Position numbers and translations under genes: made by a program | Notes under the pieces: generated by a model | Told to the model about the DNA's origin: nothing | The model's database searches: none | The model's input: only the letters and a program-made list of their open reading frames with translations | IMG/VR virus record: IMGVR_UViG_3300010885_067605 | Strand: one strand, 5' to 3' | DNA from: an uncultured virus (IMG/VR IMGVR_UViG_3300010885_067605) | Lineage: Duplodnaviria > Heunggongvirae > Uroviricota > Caudoviricetes | Length of the DNA stretch: 64,000 nt | Part shown: positions 40,133 through 49,522 of the stretch, one piece after another | Layout of the letters: each line of letters begins with the position of its first letter | Numbering within the stretch: the stretch's first letter is position 1

Positions 40133-41837
40133 ATACCTTACTACCATAATTTATATTGTGTTTAGATATAATAGAATCGAACTGTGATAGAATAGAAGCA
40201 TGATTCTGATTTACATAATCGTTAATCCAATTATAAACACCTTTGGATAAACGTTTGCTAGCCCCGTATTTATGTTTAGATAACATATGCATATTATCAT
40301 GTCTCACATATCGATCATCGATTAGATTTTTAATCTTATGAATTTCTGATGGTAAATCATCAATCCACAGGATTTGATAATCATTAGATGATAGTTTAGA
40401 CATTTGAGACATAATTGTGTCGATTGTATTGACTATCTCCCAGATATGCATTTGTATTACGTCAGCATCCCAAGATTCGATTGCATCTAACTGGTTAGGA
40501 TATATCCGATTCAGGTTTTGTCCATAGGACCCAACAGTATGGTAAAAATGTGTATGAATCTTATACAGCTCTAATTGGTAATCAATAGGAAACCTTTCAA
40601 TTAATGCAGGCCATAAACAAAAATTAGCTATTCGTGACTTAATTAATTCAAGCGGAGACCTTAATAGTAGAACGAACTTGGCCTGCTCAAAGCTAGCCTT
40701 CAGCTCGTCTATAAAGAATCCAAGTCGGTGGTTACAATCACACACGATATTTACATCTTTTCTATCATAAAATTGTATTCGCTTTTGAATATAACCAATA
40801 TAATCGGATTCCTTGCCACGATACTTAGCTAGTGCTGCAGCAGATAATCCCATGTTTAAATAATCAAAAGTGGTACTAGCTTCATGCCTGACCCAACTAC
40901 TATGTTTTACAGATTTGCGGATCAATTCAGCCAACGTATGTGTGCCTGCTCTCTCTAATCCTACTACAAATAGCTTCTTTTTAGTGAGATGGCTGCTAGA
41001 ATGATTATTGTAATTAACCGATCGGGCATGGTTGTGAATCAATAAATCAGTTATTTTAGGGTAACCAGCAAAATGGGCAATAATTGCATTAGGATTGTCA
41101 TATCTAATCTCTGCAAACAGATCTCCTCCCATCGTTTTATGGCCAAATGGCCATGAAGGGTTCGGTAATGCTTCATAAGCATGACGTTTAGGGGCATGAT
41201 TCCATTCTGGCCGATTAATGATAGAACTTTGAATATTCAGCTCTTTCATTGTCCAGATTAATGCGCCTTGGTCATAGAGACTAATTAATGGCTTAATTCG
41301 TTCATCGGTGACAGCTATCTTGCTCCGACGAATCCACTCATCTAAGATATGTAGATCACGAGGCAAAGCCAACCCTACAACGCCCGAATTAAGACATAGC
41401 TCATGGTTCTGATTATCAGAGGGGTAAATCTGATATAATTCGGGATTGTTAAGCGTAGTGCTCGGGGCAAAATAATCTTTAATAACAGTGAAAGATGTAA
41501 TAATATTATTAATAATTGGCGATATATCTTCTAAAACGATTATGTCCGCATCTAACCATAGAATTATATCCAATCGGTATTTTTCGGCTACCTTTTTGAT
41601 AATGTCTGGTTTATACCATTGTACCCATCTGTCACCAGCTAACTTGTATTCCTGTATTATATCTGGGCTTAGCCGTTCTTCGATACATTCATACTTTTGT
41701 GAAATAGATATTCTTTTATCATCTTCAAATATCACTGATATGACTGGTATTTTGCTGACTTGTCTTAAGGAGCTAATAAATAGTTTGAATTGGTCTAGAA
41801 ATTGTGGGGTGAAGGCCGTGAGTACCGCTATTTTCAT
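40125..41837 (-). CDS. glycosyltransferase + sulfotransferase-like fusion
   Basis: WLDADI, LNSGVV, YDQGAL, HFAGYPK; then FVVGLERAGTHTL (PAPS loop), HE, LLLRSP...S. Confidence 0.8.
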   Translation of the reverse strand: MKIAVLTAFTPQFLDQFKLFISSLRQVSKIPVISVIFEDDKRISISQKYECIEERLSPDIIQEYKLAGDRWVQWYKPDIIKKVAEKYRLDIILWLDADIIVLEDISPIINNIITSFTVIKDYFAPSTTLNNPELYQIYPSDNQNHELCLNSGVVGLALPRDLHILDEWIRRSKIAVTDERIKPLISLYDQGALIWTMKELNIQSSIINRPEWNHAPKRHAYEALPNPSWPFGHKTMGGDLFAEIRYDNPNAIIAHFAGYPKITDLLIHNHARSVNYNNHSSSHLTKKKLFVVGLERAGTHTLAELIRKSVKHSSWVRHEASTTFDYLNMGLSAAALAKYRGKESDYIGYIQKRIQFYDRKDVNIVCDCNHRLGFFIDELKASFEQAKFVLLLRSPLELIKSRIANFCLWPALIERFPIDYQLELYKIHTHFYHTVGSYGQNLNRIYPNQLDAIESWDADVIQMHIWEIVNTIDTIMSQMSKLSSNDYQILWIDDLPSEIHKIKNLIDDRYVRHDNMHMLSKHKYGASKRLSKGVYNWINDYVNQNHASILSQFDSIISKHNINYGSKVFI

Positions 41838-41847
41838 ATCTTATATA

Positions 41848-44800
41848 CTAGATTACCTCTAATAATGATTGAATAGTGCCATCTAACTGTATTGAAGATG
41901 CCCCCTGCCGTTCTACTATGGACATGGTAGGATAAATCGAAAAATGGTCAGCATCCCAATCGTAGTTGCCCAACCTGTCTAAGAATGTGCTAGCTGCACA
42001 AATAGCGTTGCTGTCTTCATATCCACCTGTCGGGCTACTGCAATCCACTAGTAAGCATCCACCATCTAATCTCATACCCTCTTCTGCAATAATGCCTGAG
42101 CCAAGATATATTAACATCTCAGATGGAGAGCTAGTCGCATCGCCTGTGTCTAATCCTAAGCCGGCCAACACATCATCGTATATTCCGTTACGAGTCAGAT
42201 CTTCGCCTTGGTAGGACATAAAACCTGCGACACACGGATATCCATCAGCGAAGTCTATTAAAGAATCTCCACAATCGGAATAGCTACTGAATATCGGCTT
42301 AGCTATGTTAGTGACACCATTGATTATTCCCTCAGATATTACATTAGTGTCATAATCGCACACAGCATCCAGTTGCAAACATTCATTACCCTTGTCTGCG
42401 TTCCTCATGTAGACCTTGTGTATAACATCACCTTCCTCAAACAGTGATTCTATAGTTAATGCATGATCGCCCAACGAGCTTATGTCAGGTACCATGCCAT
42501 TACCTAGAGCTTGGAATGGTCGACTGTCATATACGAGGTATTCGCTGTCATCCTCTGCTTGCATCATTGTGCTATTAAGGAAGTCAGGATCCTGGTCACC
42601 ACAAACGTTTGATGGACCACAAAACGTACTGAAGTCGTCATCCCATGGCCGAGCGTCCCACACAGGATGATAAAAATCTTGTGTTAACGCGTGCAAAACA
42701 GGAAATCTACAACCTGGTAAATGAAGCGTAGCTTTTTGGATGTTTAACTGTGGTCTGATTAACGCTAGGTTATATCGTTGATCAGTATTTCCTGTTAATC
42801 TATCAGAGTAATGCAGCGTATAATCTTGCGGATTATCGTAATCACGGTATAGCCTAGATAACATAGAGTCATGTTCTAAAGGGCGATCATATGGTGCCTT
42901 TAGATATGATTTCTGTGTAGTAGACATATGCAGTTGCTGTCCGCTAGCAGCTGCACCTCCGGAATATACTATTCTTGGTGATCTGCTATTTTTAGCAGGT
43001 TTATGCACGCCTTTGATCACGGCTTGGCTATAGCTCGGAAATGTATAGTAAACGCCTATACCTAAGTCTATGCTACAAGGTTTAAACACCAATAGTTCGT
43101 CATGTCGCAGAGTAGGCCTGTACATAATCTCATCATCTACTCTACCCTTATAACAGTAATCTGTCGAACCGTCTAGGTCACACCATGGCGATCTGGTTTG
43201 AGTATATTCTCGAGTTATAGAACCATAAATAGAGCTATCACTGTTAGAGCTGGATGTCGGACTAGTTGTGTTAAATAGTCCATTATCGACTATGTCAACA
43301 GGCGACTCCTGTGAGTTGGGGCTATATCCTGATTGGATGCTATTACTATTGGGTGAAGGACCTACTTCATGTGTTCTTAAGTCGACTCTATCACCTATTA
43401 TTCTGTCTTGGCCTACGTAATTGTACCGGCATGTATCCCGGCCACCTGCTGATGGTGTTATGGGTAAGCGAGAGGCTATTGGCTGGTCAGACCTAGCGTC
43501 AAGGGCATACCAGGCAGCGTATTCATCGGGTAAGTTAGATAATAATCGCAGCCTCAGCAAAATATCTGATTCTTTGTACTCCAAAGACTTAGGATCTAGT
43601 TGTGAGCAGTCAGTTATATCGTCCGGAACGTTGGGGATGATAGCGGGAGGCACTTGCTGCCTACCAGCGTCTATATCCCACCTCTGAGAATAATCACCGC
43701 CCACACACCAATCGGTCACTGCATATGTCTCATTTAATTCTGCAGAGAATATTACCTTATTTAATAAAGAATGGAATGCTTTGACTTTGTCTAGAAACTC
43801 TAGGGCGAAATCTAATATCGTTGGATCAGCAAACTCGGTTAGCTGTTGGGTCACTATTTGGACATCAAATCGGTTACTCTGCAGATCTTTAATGGCACTT
43901 GGTACTGAGTACTCAAATCTTTTGTAATAAGCAAAGCAAAATACACTCTGATTTTGTAAATTCAAATCACCGTTTAGTGTAAGACCCAACTTATTCAAAT
44001 TACGATTTAATAAGAGTCCTTTGGACGTAACTGGTGAGACGCCATGGCTAATTTCTGAGATCACATTGCCGAGTTTACCTGTTATTAGACATTGGCTATA
44101 GCCAGCGATATTAAGACCAGTTAACTTCTGTCGAATTATGTTAGATGTGAATGATCCGTTTTGATTGGTGGATAACCCACCATTGTCCCTTCCGTAATAA
44201 GCTGGATTAAGTTTAATCTGATTAGCTATAGACACCAACTGTGCATAAGCTGGACTGTCGATATCGACTATGTAGGATTCTATGGTAATATCACCACCAT
44301 CCAACAAAGCTGAATATTGGCTAACTGCCGGTTGCGTTTGTGGACGATAGAGTAGTGGTGCTGTAAATTCCCCAAATCCCTGTTCCGACCAATCAACTAG
44401 TATCGATTCTATTTGATCTATTTGATTGGTCTTGATTTGCTCGTCTTCATAACCGAAGACAGCCTTTTCGTCTGGCCTGATCAATCTTTTGCCATCCGAT
44501 GACCACCATAGATTGGTAATAAGAATTTCGAACCCGAATAGTCTAAATAGCTCTATAATAGCTCTTTTAGACCCGGCAAGATTCTGAAATTCTACAGTGC
44601 GTCGAAGTACAGCTTTTCTTAATCCATCTAGAGACTTGGGAAAATATGGGATGTCCCATCCTAGAAGTTGAGATAGATATGGTATAGCTTCAGGAGGTGC
44701 ATCATATACCCAGTTGATCGATTCTAATAAATCTTGCTCATCGTAGATGTTCTCGAGTGAGTCTGTAAACGGGCGATATAAAGCTAAAGTCGTATCTTTG

Positions 44801-45468
44801 TATCTTTCAGCATTGGTTAAATAAGGGGCGGGTGTATGTCTTTCGAACTCTTCTATTACCAACCCTGGATGTTTTACTTTGAATTTCAATAAAGCCAAAG
44901 ATGTGGATTTGGTATTAAGACATAAAAACTCTTGTCTTTGGTCATCAGATATGATCCTGGTGAAATATTCGGCCTGGTATACTAGATTATAGACGTCAGA
45001 TGGTAGTTGATCAAAATCGATCAGAACGTCGGACAAGTCGTAGTAGTTAGCTCCTGTAATGTAAGTTAGCTGATCAGTAACTCCTGTCGTAGTAGTGTAA
45101 TTAAAATAATCACCAGTTACAGCATTACTGTGTTCTATCGTTGCACCTGCTCGATTTAATTCATAGTCATCGACCCTGATTAGCCTCTCCGACAGACCTA
45201 TAGAATCTATATTCACCGCGTATAATTCACGATCTGGTGATATAAGACCTATGTGATCATGCCCGGCGACCTTCGCAGTTTTGGGAACATTTTCGATATA
45301 GACTTTAATGTTGAAGACTTGGCTGTTACTTAATGGTACACCCGCCACAGATCGTCTGTGAGGAACCACAAGAATAACCGGTAAGCCGAATGGCCTCCAT
45401 CCTGTCCGATTGTTATTAATAGGAAATTGGTGAAACCACGGATTATGTAAGCTGGAATTTTTTATCAT
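41848..45468 (-). CDS. baseplate/tail protein with P2 gpI-like domain
   Basis: APPEAIPYLSQLLGWD..LRKAV..GSKRAI..FG; KAFHS; 1206 aa. Confidence 0.75.
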   Translation of the reverse strand: MIKNSSLHNPWFHQFPINNNRTGWRPFGLPVILVVPHRRSVAGVPLSNSQVFNIKVYIENVPKTAKVAGHDHIGLISPDRELYAVNIDSIGLSERLIRVDDYELNRAGATIEHSNAVTGDYFNYTTTTGVTDQLTYITGANYYDLSDVLIDFDQLPSDVYNLVYQAEYFTRIISDDQRQEFLCLNTKSTSLALLKFKVKHPGLVIEEFERHTPAPYLTNAERYKDTTLALYRPFTDSLENIYDEQDLLESINWVYDAPPEAIPYLSQLLGWDIPYFPKSLDGLRKAVLRRTVEFQNLAGSKRAIIELFRLFGFEILITNLWWSSDGKRLIRPDEKAVFGYEDEQIKTNQIDQIESILVDWSEQGFGEFTAPLLYRPQTQPAVSQYSALLDGGDITIESYIVDIDSPAYAQLVSIANQIKLNPAYYGRDNGGLSTNQNGSFTSNIIRQKLTGLNIAGYSQCLITGKLGNVISEISHGVSPVTSKGLLLNRNLNKLGLTLNGDLNLQNQSVFCFAYYKRFEYSVPSAIKDLQSNRFDVQIVTQQLTEFADPTILDFALEFLDKVKAFHSLLNKVIFSAELNETYAVTDWCVGGDYSQRWDIDAGRQQVPPAIIPNVPDDITDCSQLDPKSLEYKESDILLRLRLLSNLPDEYAAWYALDARSDQPIASRLPITPSAGGRDTCRYNYVGQDRIIGDRVDLRTHEVGPSPNSNSIQSGYSPNSQESPVDIVDNGLFNTTSPTSSSNSDSSIYGSITREYTQTRSPWCDLDGSTDYCYKGRVDDEIMYRPTLRHDELLVFKPCSIDLGIGVYYTFPSYSQAVIKGVHKPAKNSRSPRIVYSGGAAASGQQLHMSTTQKSYLKAPYDRPLEHDSMLSRLYRDYDNPQDYTLHYSDRLTGNTDQRYNLALIRPQLNIQKATLHLPGCRFPVLHALTQDFYHPVWDARPWDDDFSTFCGPSNVCGDQDPDFLNSTMMQAEDDSEYLVYDSRPFQALGNGMVPDISSLGDHALTIESLFEEGDVIHKVYMRNADKGNECLQLDAVCDYDTNVISEGIINGVTNIAKPIFSSYSDCGDSLIDFADGYPCVAGFMSYQGEDLTRNGIYDDVLAGLGLDTGDATSSPSEMLIYLGSGIIAEEGMRLDGGCLLVDCSSPTGGYEDSNAICAASTFLDRLGNYDWDADHFSIYPTMSIVERQGASSIQLDGTIQSLLEVI

Positions 45469-45521
45469 AGAGATTCTCCTACAGTATTTTTATTTACTAT
45501 GATATATAGGTCAATCTATCG

Positions 45522-45529
45522 CAAATATA
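45522..45529 (+). promoter_or_regulatory. putative late promoter CAAATATA
   Basis: recurring motif upstream of 45574. Confidence 0.5.
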
Positions 45530-45573
45530 TCAGTAAATAATAGTGTACTTACTGATTCAGATCGAGAAGCATT

Positions 45574-46065
45574 ATGACAATAGCTGCCAATGGCCACGTG
45601 TTTTATCAAGATGAATACTCTCAAAAATATGAAGTAGAATGGGCTACAGTTAACGGCGTAATAGATATAACTACTACCATACAGCAGCCATATGTGTGGG
45701 GGCAACCCGAAGAAGTTAGAATAGAAAATGGTATATTATATAAAATGGGTATCATTACTATACATAGACAAGCCATAGAAATTTTAAATGATGGTTATGT
45801 TATCATAGCGGAAGGTTCATCTCAATATGATGACTTTATCCAGATGAATTATAACTGTGAAAAAGGTCCGGCAGACAACTTCAAATATCACCTCAATAAT
45901 AACTTGATCGATGATATCTCTGCACAGGTAATAAATGGCCCACATTGGGCAGACCCAAATGAAGAATTAAACGTATCAATATGGTGTGACTTGAATGCGG
46001 ATGGGTCTCCGATTATTAGTGGCAATATCAACTATTTAGAGTGGACTGATATCTGGGTCGGTTAA
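45574..46065 (+). CDS. hypothetical protein, probably structural
   Basis: 163 aa acidic ORF. Confidence 0.65.
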   Translation: MTIAANGHVFYQDEYSQKYEVEWATVNGVIDITTTIQQPYVWGQPEEVRIENGILYKMGIITIHRQAIEILNDGYVIIAEGSSQYDDFIQMNYNCEKGPADNFKYHLNNNLIDDISAQVINGPHWADPNEELNVSIWCDLNADGSPIISGNINYLEWTDIWVG

Positions 46066-46110
46066 CTCTTGCCTATCTAATGATCCATAAGAATAATTAT
46101 TATTTGCCTT

Positions 46111-46118
46111 CAAATATA
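46111..46118 (+). promoter_or_regulatory. putative late promoter CAAATATA
   Basis: recurring motif upstream of the protease cassette. Confidence 0.5.
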
Positions 46119-46195
46119 TGCTAACACATATATATTAGTTAAGCAAAAATACATTGACAATAAAACCTCAATGTACAGTGATAAAGGAGATAAAA

Positions 46196-46534
46196 ATGGA
46201 TCAAAAGGTCCTAATAGTCGCTGCGATTATCTTGGCACTCCTGCCACAAATATTAGAGCTATTGAAGGCAGCAAAAAACTGGTCATATACGTTTATTTCG
46301 AAAATAGGTCAAGGCATAACAAGCAATATGCCTATATCTCATGATACCCTGCCTACTACCGACGATAAACAAGACGATATTGTAGATCCAGCAGTATGGG
46401 TCAATGATTTATTCGCACTACAGCAGACTTTGCTTGCTAACGACCGCAAAGAGGCGGCTGGTCTAGTCGGTGAAGCCATTGTAGAGCTAGTTAATACTAC
46501 TACAACTACCAAGAGTGGGGGCAGTCGAAAATGA
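46196..46534 (+). CDS. N-terminally membrane-anchored protein
   Basis: AAGGAG RBS, VLIVAAIILALLP hydrophobic segment. Confidence 0.7.
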   Translation: MDQKVLIVAAIILALLPQILELLKAAKNWSYTFISKIGQGITSNMPISHDTLPTTDDKQDDIVDPAVWVNDLFALQQTLLANDRKEAAGLVGEAIVELVNTTTTTKSGGSRK

Positions 46535-46965
46535 AAACGATCGACATCTGTAGATTATGCATCGCTGGTCTGCTTTTATATTTTGCATTGAATGGCAAGC
46601 CAGAAGGTATCAAACTCCCGCTGCAGCAACCTTATACAGGTAGCTTGACAAAGTTGCATCAGGAAGCCGCCAAGATGGAGGCTATAGACAGGCAAGGGCT
46701 GTCAGAAGCTCTGTCTGAAGCTAGCAAGATGTTAGCGAGCGATCAATTGGGTCTAGTAAAGAAAACAGATGAGCTACAAAGTTTCTGCTTAGGTGCGATA
46801 TCGTACGGCTATACCACATTCGCAGTGAAGAAGTATCCTGATGTCGCAGCCTTGATTAAGGCTGAGATAATCAAGACAGTAGGGACAAAATCCCAAACGG
46901 TTACTGATGATCTACGGGACAAGACTGTTGAATTACTTGCTGAATTTAGCAGGGCAATCAAATGA
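46531..46965 (+). CDS. membrane-anchored helical protein
   Basis: LCIAGLLLYFAL; ATGA coupling on both sides. Confidence 0.7.
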   Translation: MKTIDICRLCIAGLLLYFALNGKPEGIKLPLQQPYTGSLTKLHQEAAKMEAIDRQGLSEALSEASKMLASDQLGLVKKTDELQSFCLGAISYGYTTFAVKKYPDVAALIKAEIIKTVGTKSQTVTDDLRDKTVELLAEFSRAIK

Positions 46966-48002
46966 GAAGAAATACACCTATATCTCTGCCTGATTATCGA
47001 GATGTCGAATTCTCTGTGATGCCGGCCAATATAGATGCCTATACTGCTTATTCGACCGGTTTTATTGGTTGTGCATATAATGCTGAGGAAAACGAAAAAT
47101 TACAAGCTTTGGTGCGGGCTGAAGGACAGCCATGGCTAATGCGTGATATTGCCCATTTTTCTGGCTTTGCTGGGCAGGGGTCCGGTAAGGTCGTATTGTT
47201 ATTCAAAGAATTAGAGAAAATAGGGTGGCTAGATAAGGTAGGCTTCCCTAATCAGGCAGTTGGTGATTGCGTTAGCCATGGTACCGCTAAGGCCATGGGA
47301 TATACATTATGCTGCTCTATCAATTATGGAGTAGGTTCGATACCAGATACTAACGGTATAGAGAAGACACTCTGGCCTATAGCATCAGAACCGCACTATT
47401 GGTATAGAGGAAAGTCATCAGACGGATGGTATGCTTCTGCCTCGTTGCGGGTGGTTAAGGAAAAAACTGGTATAGTTATTCGTAAGAATATCCCAGGTGC
47501 TATCGACTTATCTACATATTCTAGGCAAACAGCCCATAGATTTGGCTCGTCACCCCCACCAGATACTATTAAAGATTTATTAGATGATAATCCTGTTTTA
47601 ACTTTTGCCGAGTGTGAGACTTATGAAGAGATAATCGATGCATTGTCATCTGGTTATGGTATCCAAACAGACGGTGGCGAAGGGTTTGCACGAACAGTGG
47701 ATGAAAACGGTGTGGCTCAGCGAAGTGGTAGCTGGGCACATAGTATGTCGGTCTCGGGTTTCATAGATACTGAGGAATTCAAAAAGAGATATGGTTGTGG
47801 TGGTCTGGTCATCCAGAATAGCTGGGGTTCTTGGAATGACAATCAGAACGCTACAATAATGGGCACTTCAGCAAAGTTGCCCAAAGGTGCTTTCATCGCA
47901 TTATGGAAAGACATATCAAAGCGTTCTTACTTTGCGATATCTGATGTTAAGGGTTGGCCTAACCGAGAGTTACCAGAGTGGAATTTAGAGGCACTTATAT
48001 GA
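46962..48002 (+). CDS. papain-like (C1 family) cysteine peptidase
   Basis: QAVGDCVSHG, WAHSM, IQNSWG catalytic triad motifs. Confidence 0.85.
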   Translation: MRRNTPISLPDYRDVEFSVMPANIDAYTAYSTGFIGCAYNAEENEKLQALVRAEGQPWLMRDIAHFSGFAGQGSGKVVLLFKELEKIGWLDKVGFPNQAVGDCVSHGTAKAMGYTLCCSINYGVGSIPDTNGIEKTLWPIASEPHYWYRGKSSDGWYASASLRVVKEKTGIVIRKNIPGAIDLSTYSRQTAHRFGSSPPPDTIKDLLDDNPVLTFAECETYEEIIDALSSGYGIQTDGGEGFARTVDENGVAQRSGSWAHSMSVSGFIDTEEFKKRYGCGGLVIQNSWGSWNDNQNATIMGTSAKLPKGAFIALWKDISKRSYFAISDVKGWPNRELPEWNLEALI

Positions 48003-48601
48003 GACTAATCGGAGTATTACTGATAATAAGTCTTTGTGGTTGCACTAGACCACCTGTATTGACTGTAAAAGATAGAACTGGTTTAGCAGTCTATCTTGCA
48101 TTCAACGTTGTAACTACCATAAGTAATATACCTGATAATAAGCCCGACCTTAAACCAGGTGATCCCTGCCCAGAATGCGGAGGACGTGGTAAGAAAGGTG
48201 ACGGTACTAACGAATATACATGTGATGACTGCAAGGGCACCGGTAAGGTATTGCCCAAGGCATCCAAAGTCTCGTATAATGACTCGATTCATATGGTGCC
48301 AGAGATAGGCATAGAAGCCGTACAAAAAACGTGGCCGCCACGTACGTTACCAGATTCTAATATAACTCCTACCAGCAAAACCATATCAAGCACACATGTA
48401 GTAATACACACTAAAAAGCCAGTAATTAGACGATCCAATGATAAATGGTCAGTAGGTGGCAAGAAAACGTATACGGCAGGTGACCTGCTAGAGCATCTTA
48501 GAACTGAGCATCATTTTGATGCATCAGGTTATGATTTGCAAGAAATGGAGACGATCCATGATAACTTGCATAATGGTTATACTGCTCATGGCGATATGTG
48601 A
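47999..48601 (+). CDS. putative lipoprotein with CxxCxGxG zinc-finger pair
   Basis: MRLIGVLLIISLCGC lipobox; CPECGGRG..CDDCKGTG; HLRTEH..HDNLHNG. Confidence 0.7.
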   Translation: MRLIGVLLIISLCGCTRPPVLTVKDRTGLAVYLAFNVVTTISNIPDNKPDLKPGDPCPECGGRGKKGDGTNEYTCDDCKGTGKVLPKASKVSYNDSIHMVPEIGIEAVQKTWPPRTLPDSNITPTSKTISSTHVVIHTKKPVIRRSNDKWSVGGKKTYTAGDLLEHLRTEHHFDASGYDLQEMETIHDNLHNGYTAHGDM

Positions 48602-48630
48602 TTAGATAATAATTATCTGCTTGTCAGTAA

Positions 48631-48879
48631 TTATCTCTCACTGATTTCACTGTGCTGCGCCATAGGTAGCACACGATGCGGCCCCGGACTGTCCGGCCGC
48701 ACGTCGATGACGGTAACGTCCTTCTGCACGCTGTCGCGAATGATGTATAGATCACAGCGGATCGACCAGAGCAACAGCGGGCATGCGATGGCCGACGCCG
48801 TCAGGAGTACGATGAGAAAGATGTGAGCAGCGAAGAGGCCGGTGTCGATGACCTCCCAGAGCCAATCGGTCCAGGTCAT
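48631..48879 (-). CDS. small membrane protein in a GC-rich patch
   Basis: GGAGG RBS; MTWTDWLWEVID followed by a hydrophobic helix. Confidence 0.6.
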   Translation of the reverse strand: MTWTDWLWEVIDTGLFAAHIFLIVLLTASAIACPLLLWSIRCDLYIIRDSVQKDVTVIDVRPDSPGPHRVLPMAQHSEISER

Positions 48880-48962
48880 CTCATTACCTCCAGCAAGGCT
48901 GCCAGGTGCAGCAGATAGAGTACGTCGTCGATCGCTTCCCACACGTAAACAAGCCATGTCAT
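48876..48962 (-). CDS. 28-aa peptide MTWLVYVWEAIDDVLYLLHLAALLEVMR (not in ORF track)
   Basis: GGGAGG RBS, ATGA coupling to the next gene, similar to that gene's N-terminus. Confidence 0.55.
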   Translation of the reverse strand: MTWLVYVWEAIDDVLYLLHLAALLEVMR

Positions 48963-49094
48963 CGTGTGGCCTCCCACTCACCGGACGATTGGGTGCTCTC
49001 CATCTATCTTTGATGTCGTATCTTTGTAATACAGACAAATCTTGTTCAAAAGATAAATATGAGGTAAATATAGTTAACAAGAAAGTAGGCATTC

Positions 49095-49511
49095 ATGGCT
49101 GTCAAATTGTCAACGCAAGCACGAAATGCAGCTAATGATGCTGTGGTAGACCTGATTGATCTAGGTTCAGCAGTATCTAAAGGATATATAGAGATAAGAG
49201 ATGGTTTGATACCCACTAGCCCACTATCTGAGGCCACAGGTAAGTTATTGGCTAAGTTAGAATTGAGCCGGCCAGCATTTAAAAATAGTGCTGACGGTAA
49301 AGCATTAGCAAACGTAATCAATAACGATATCCAAATAGATAATACCGGTGTCGCATCATGGTTTAGGATTTACAATCGAGATAATATTCCAGTAATCGAT
49401 GGTACGGTTTCAGTAATAGGAGGTGATGGAGACATACAGTTTGACAAAGTAGATTTCTTTGCTGGTGGTGTAGTAGCTATCATGTCTTTATCTGTAGCAA
49501 TGCCAGTGTAG
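49095..49511 (+). CDS. phage tail-associated structural protein
   Basis: LST.ARNA..DA, GYIEI.DG..P, TG.ASWFRI, IDGTV family pattern. Confidence 0.75.
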   Translation: MAVKLSTQARNAANDAVVDLIDLGSAVSKGYIEIRDGLIPTSPLSEATGKLLAKLELSRPAFKNSADGKALANVINNDIQIDNTGVASWFRIYNRDNIPVIDGTVSVIGGDGDIQFDKVDFFAGGVVAIMSLSVAMPV

Positions 49512-49522
49512 TGGCAGATGGC

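Noticed and set aside
48880..49092. 153-aa version of ORF 48631..49092
   Set aside because: RBS positions support a 28-aa peptide plus an 82-aa gene; the upstream part overlaps the leader of the divergent gene.
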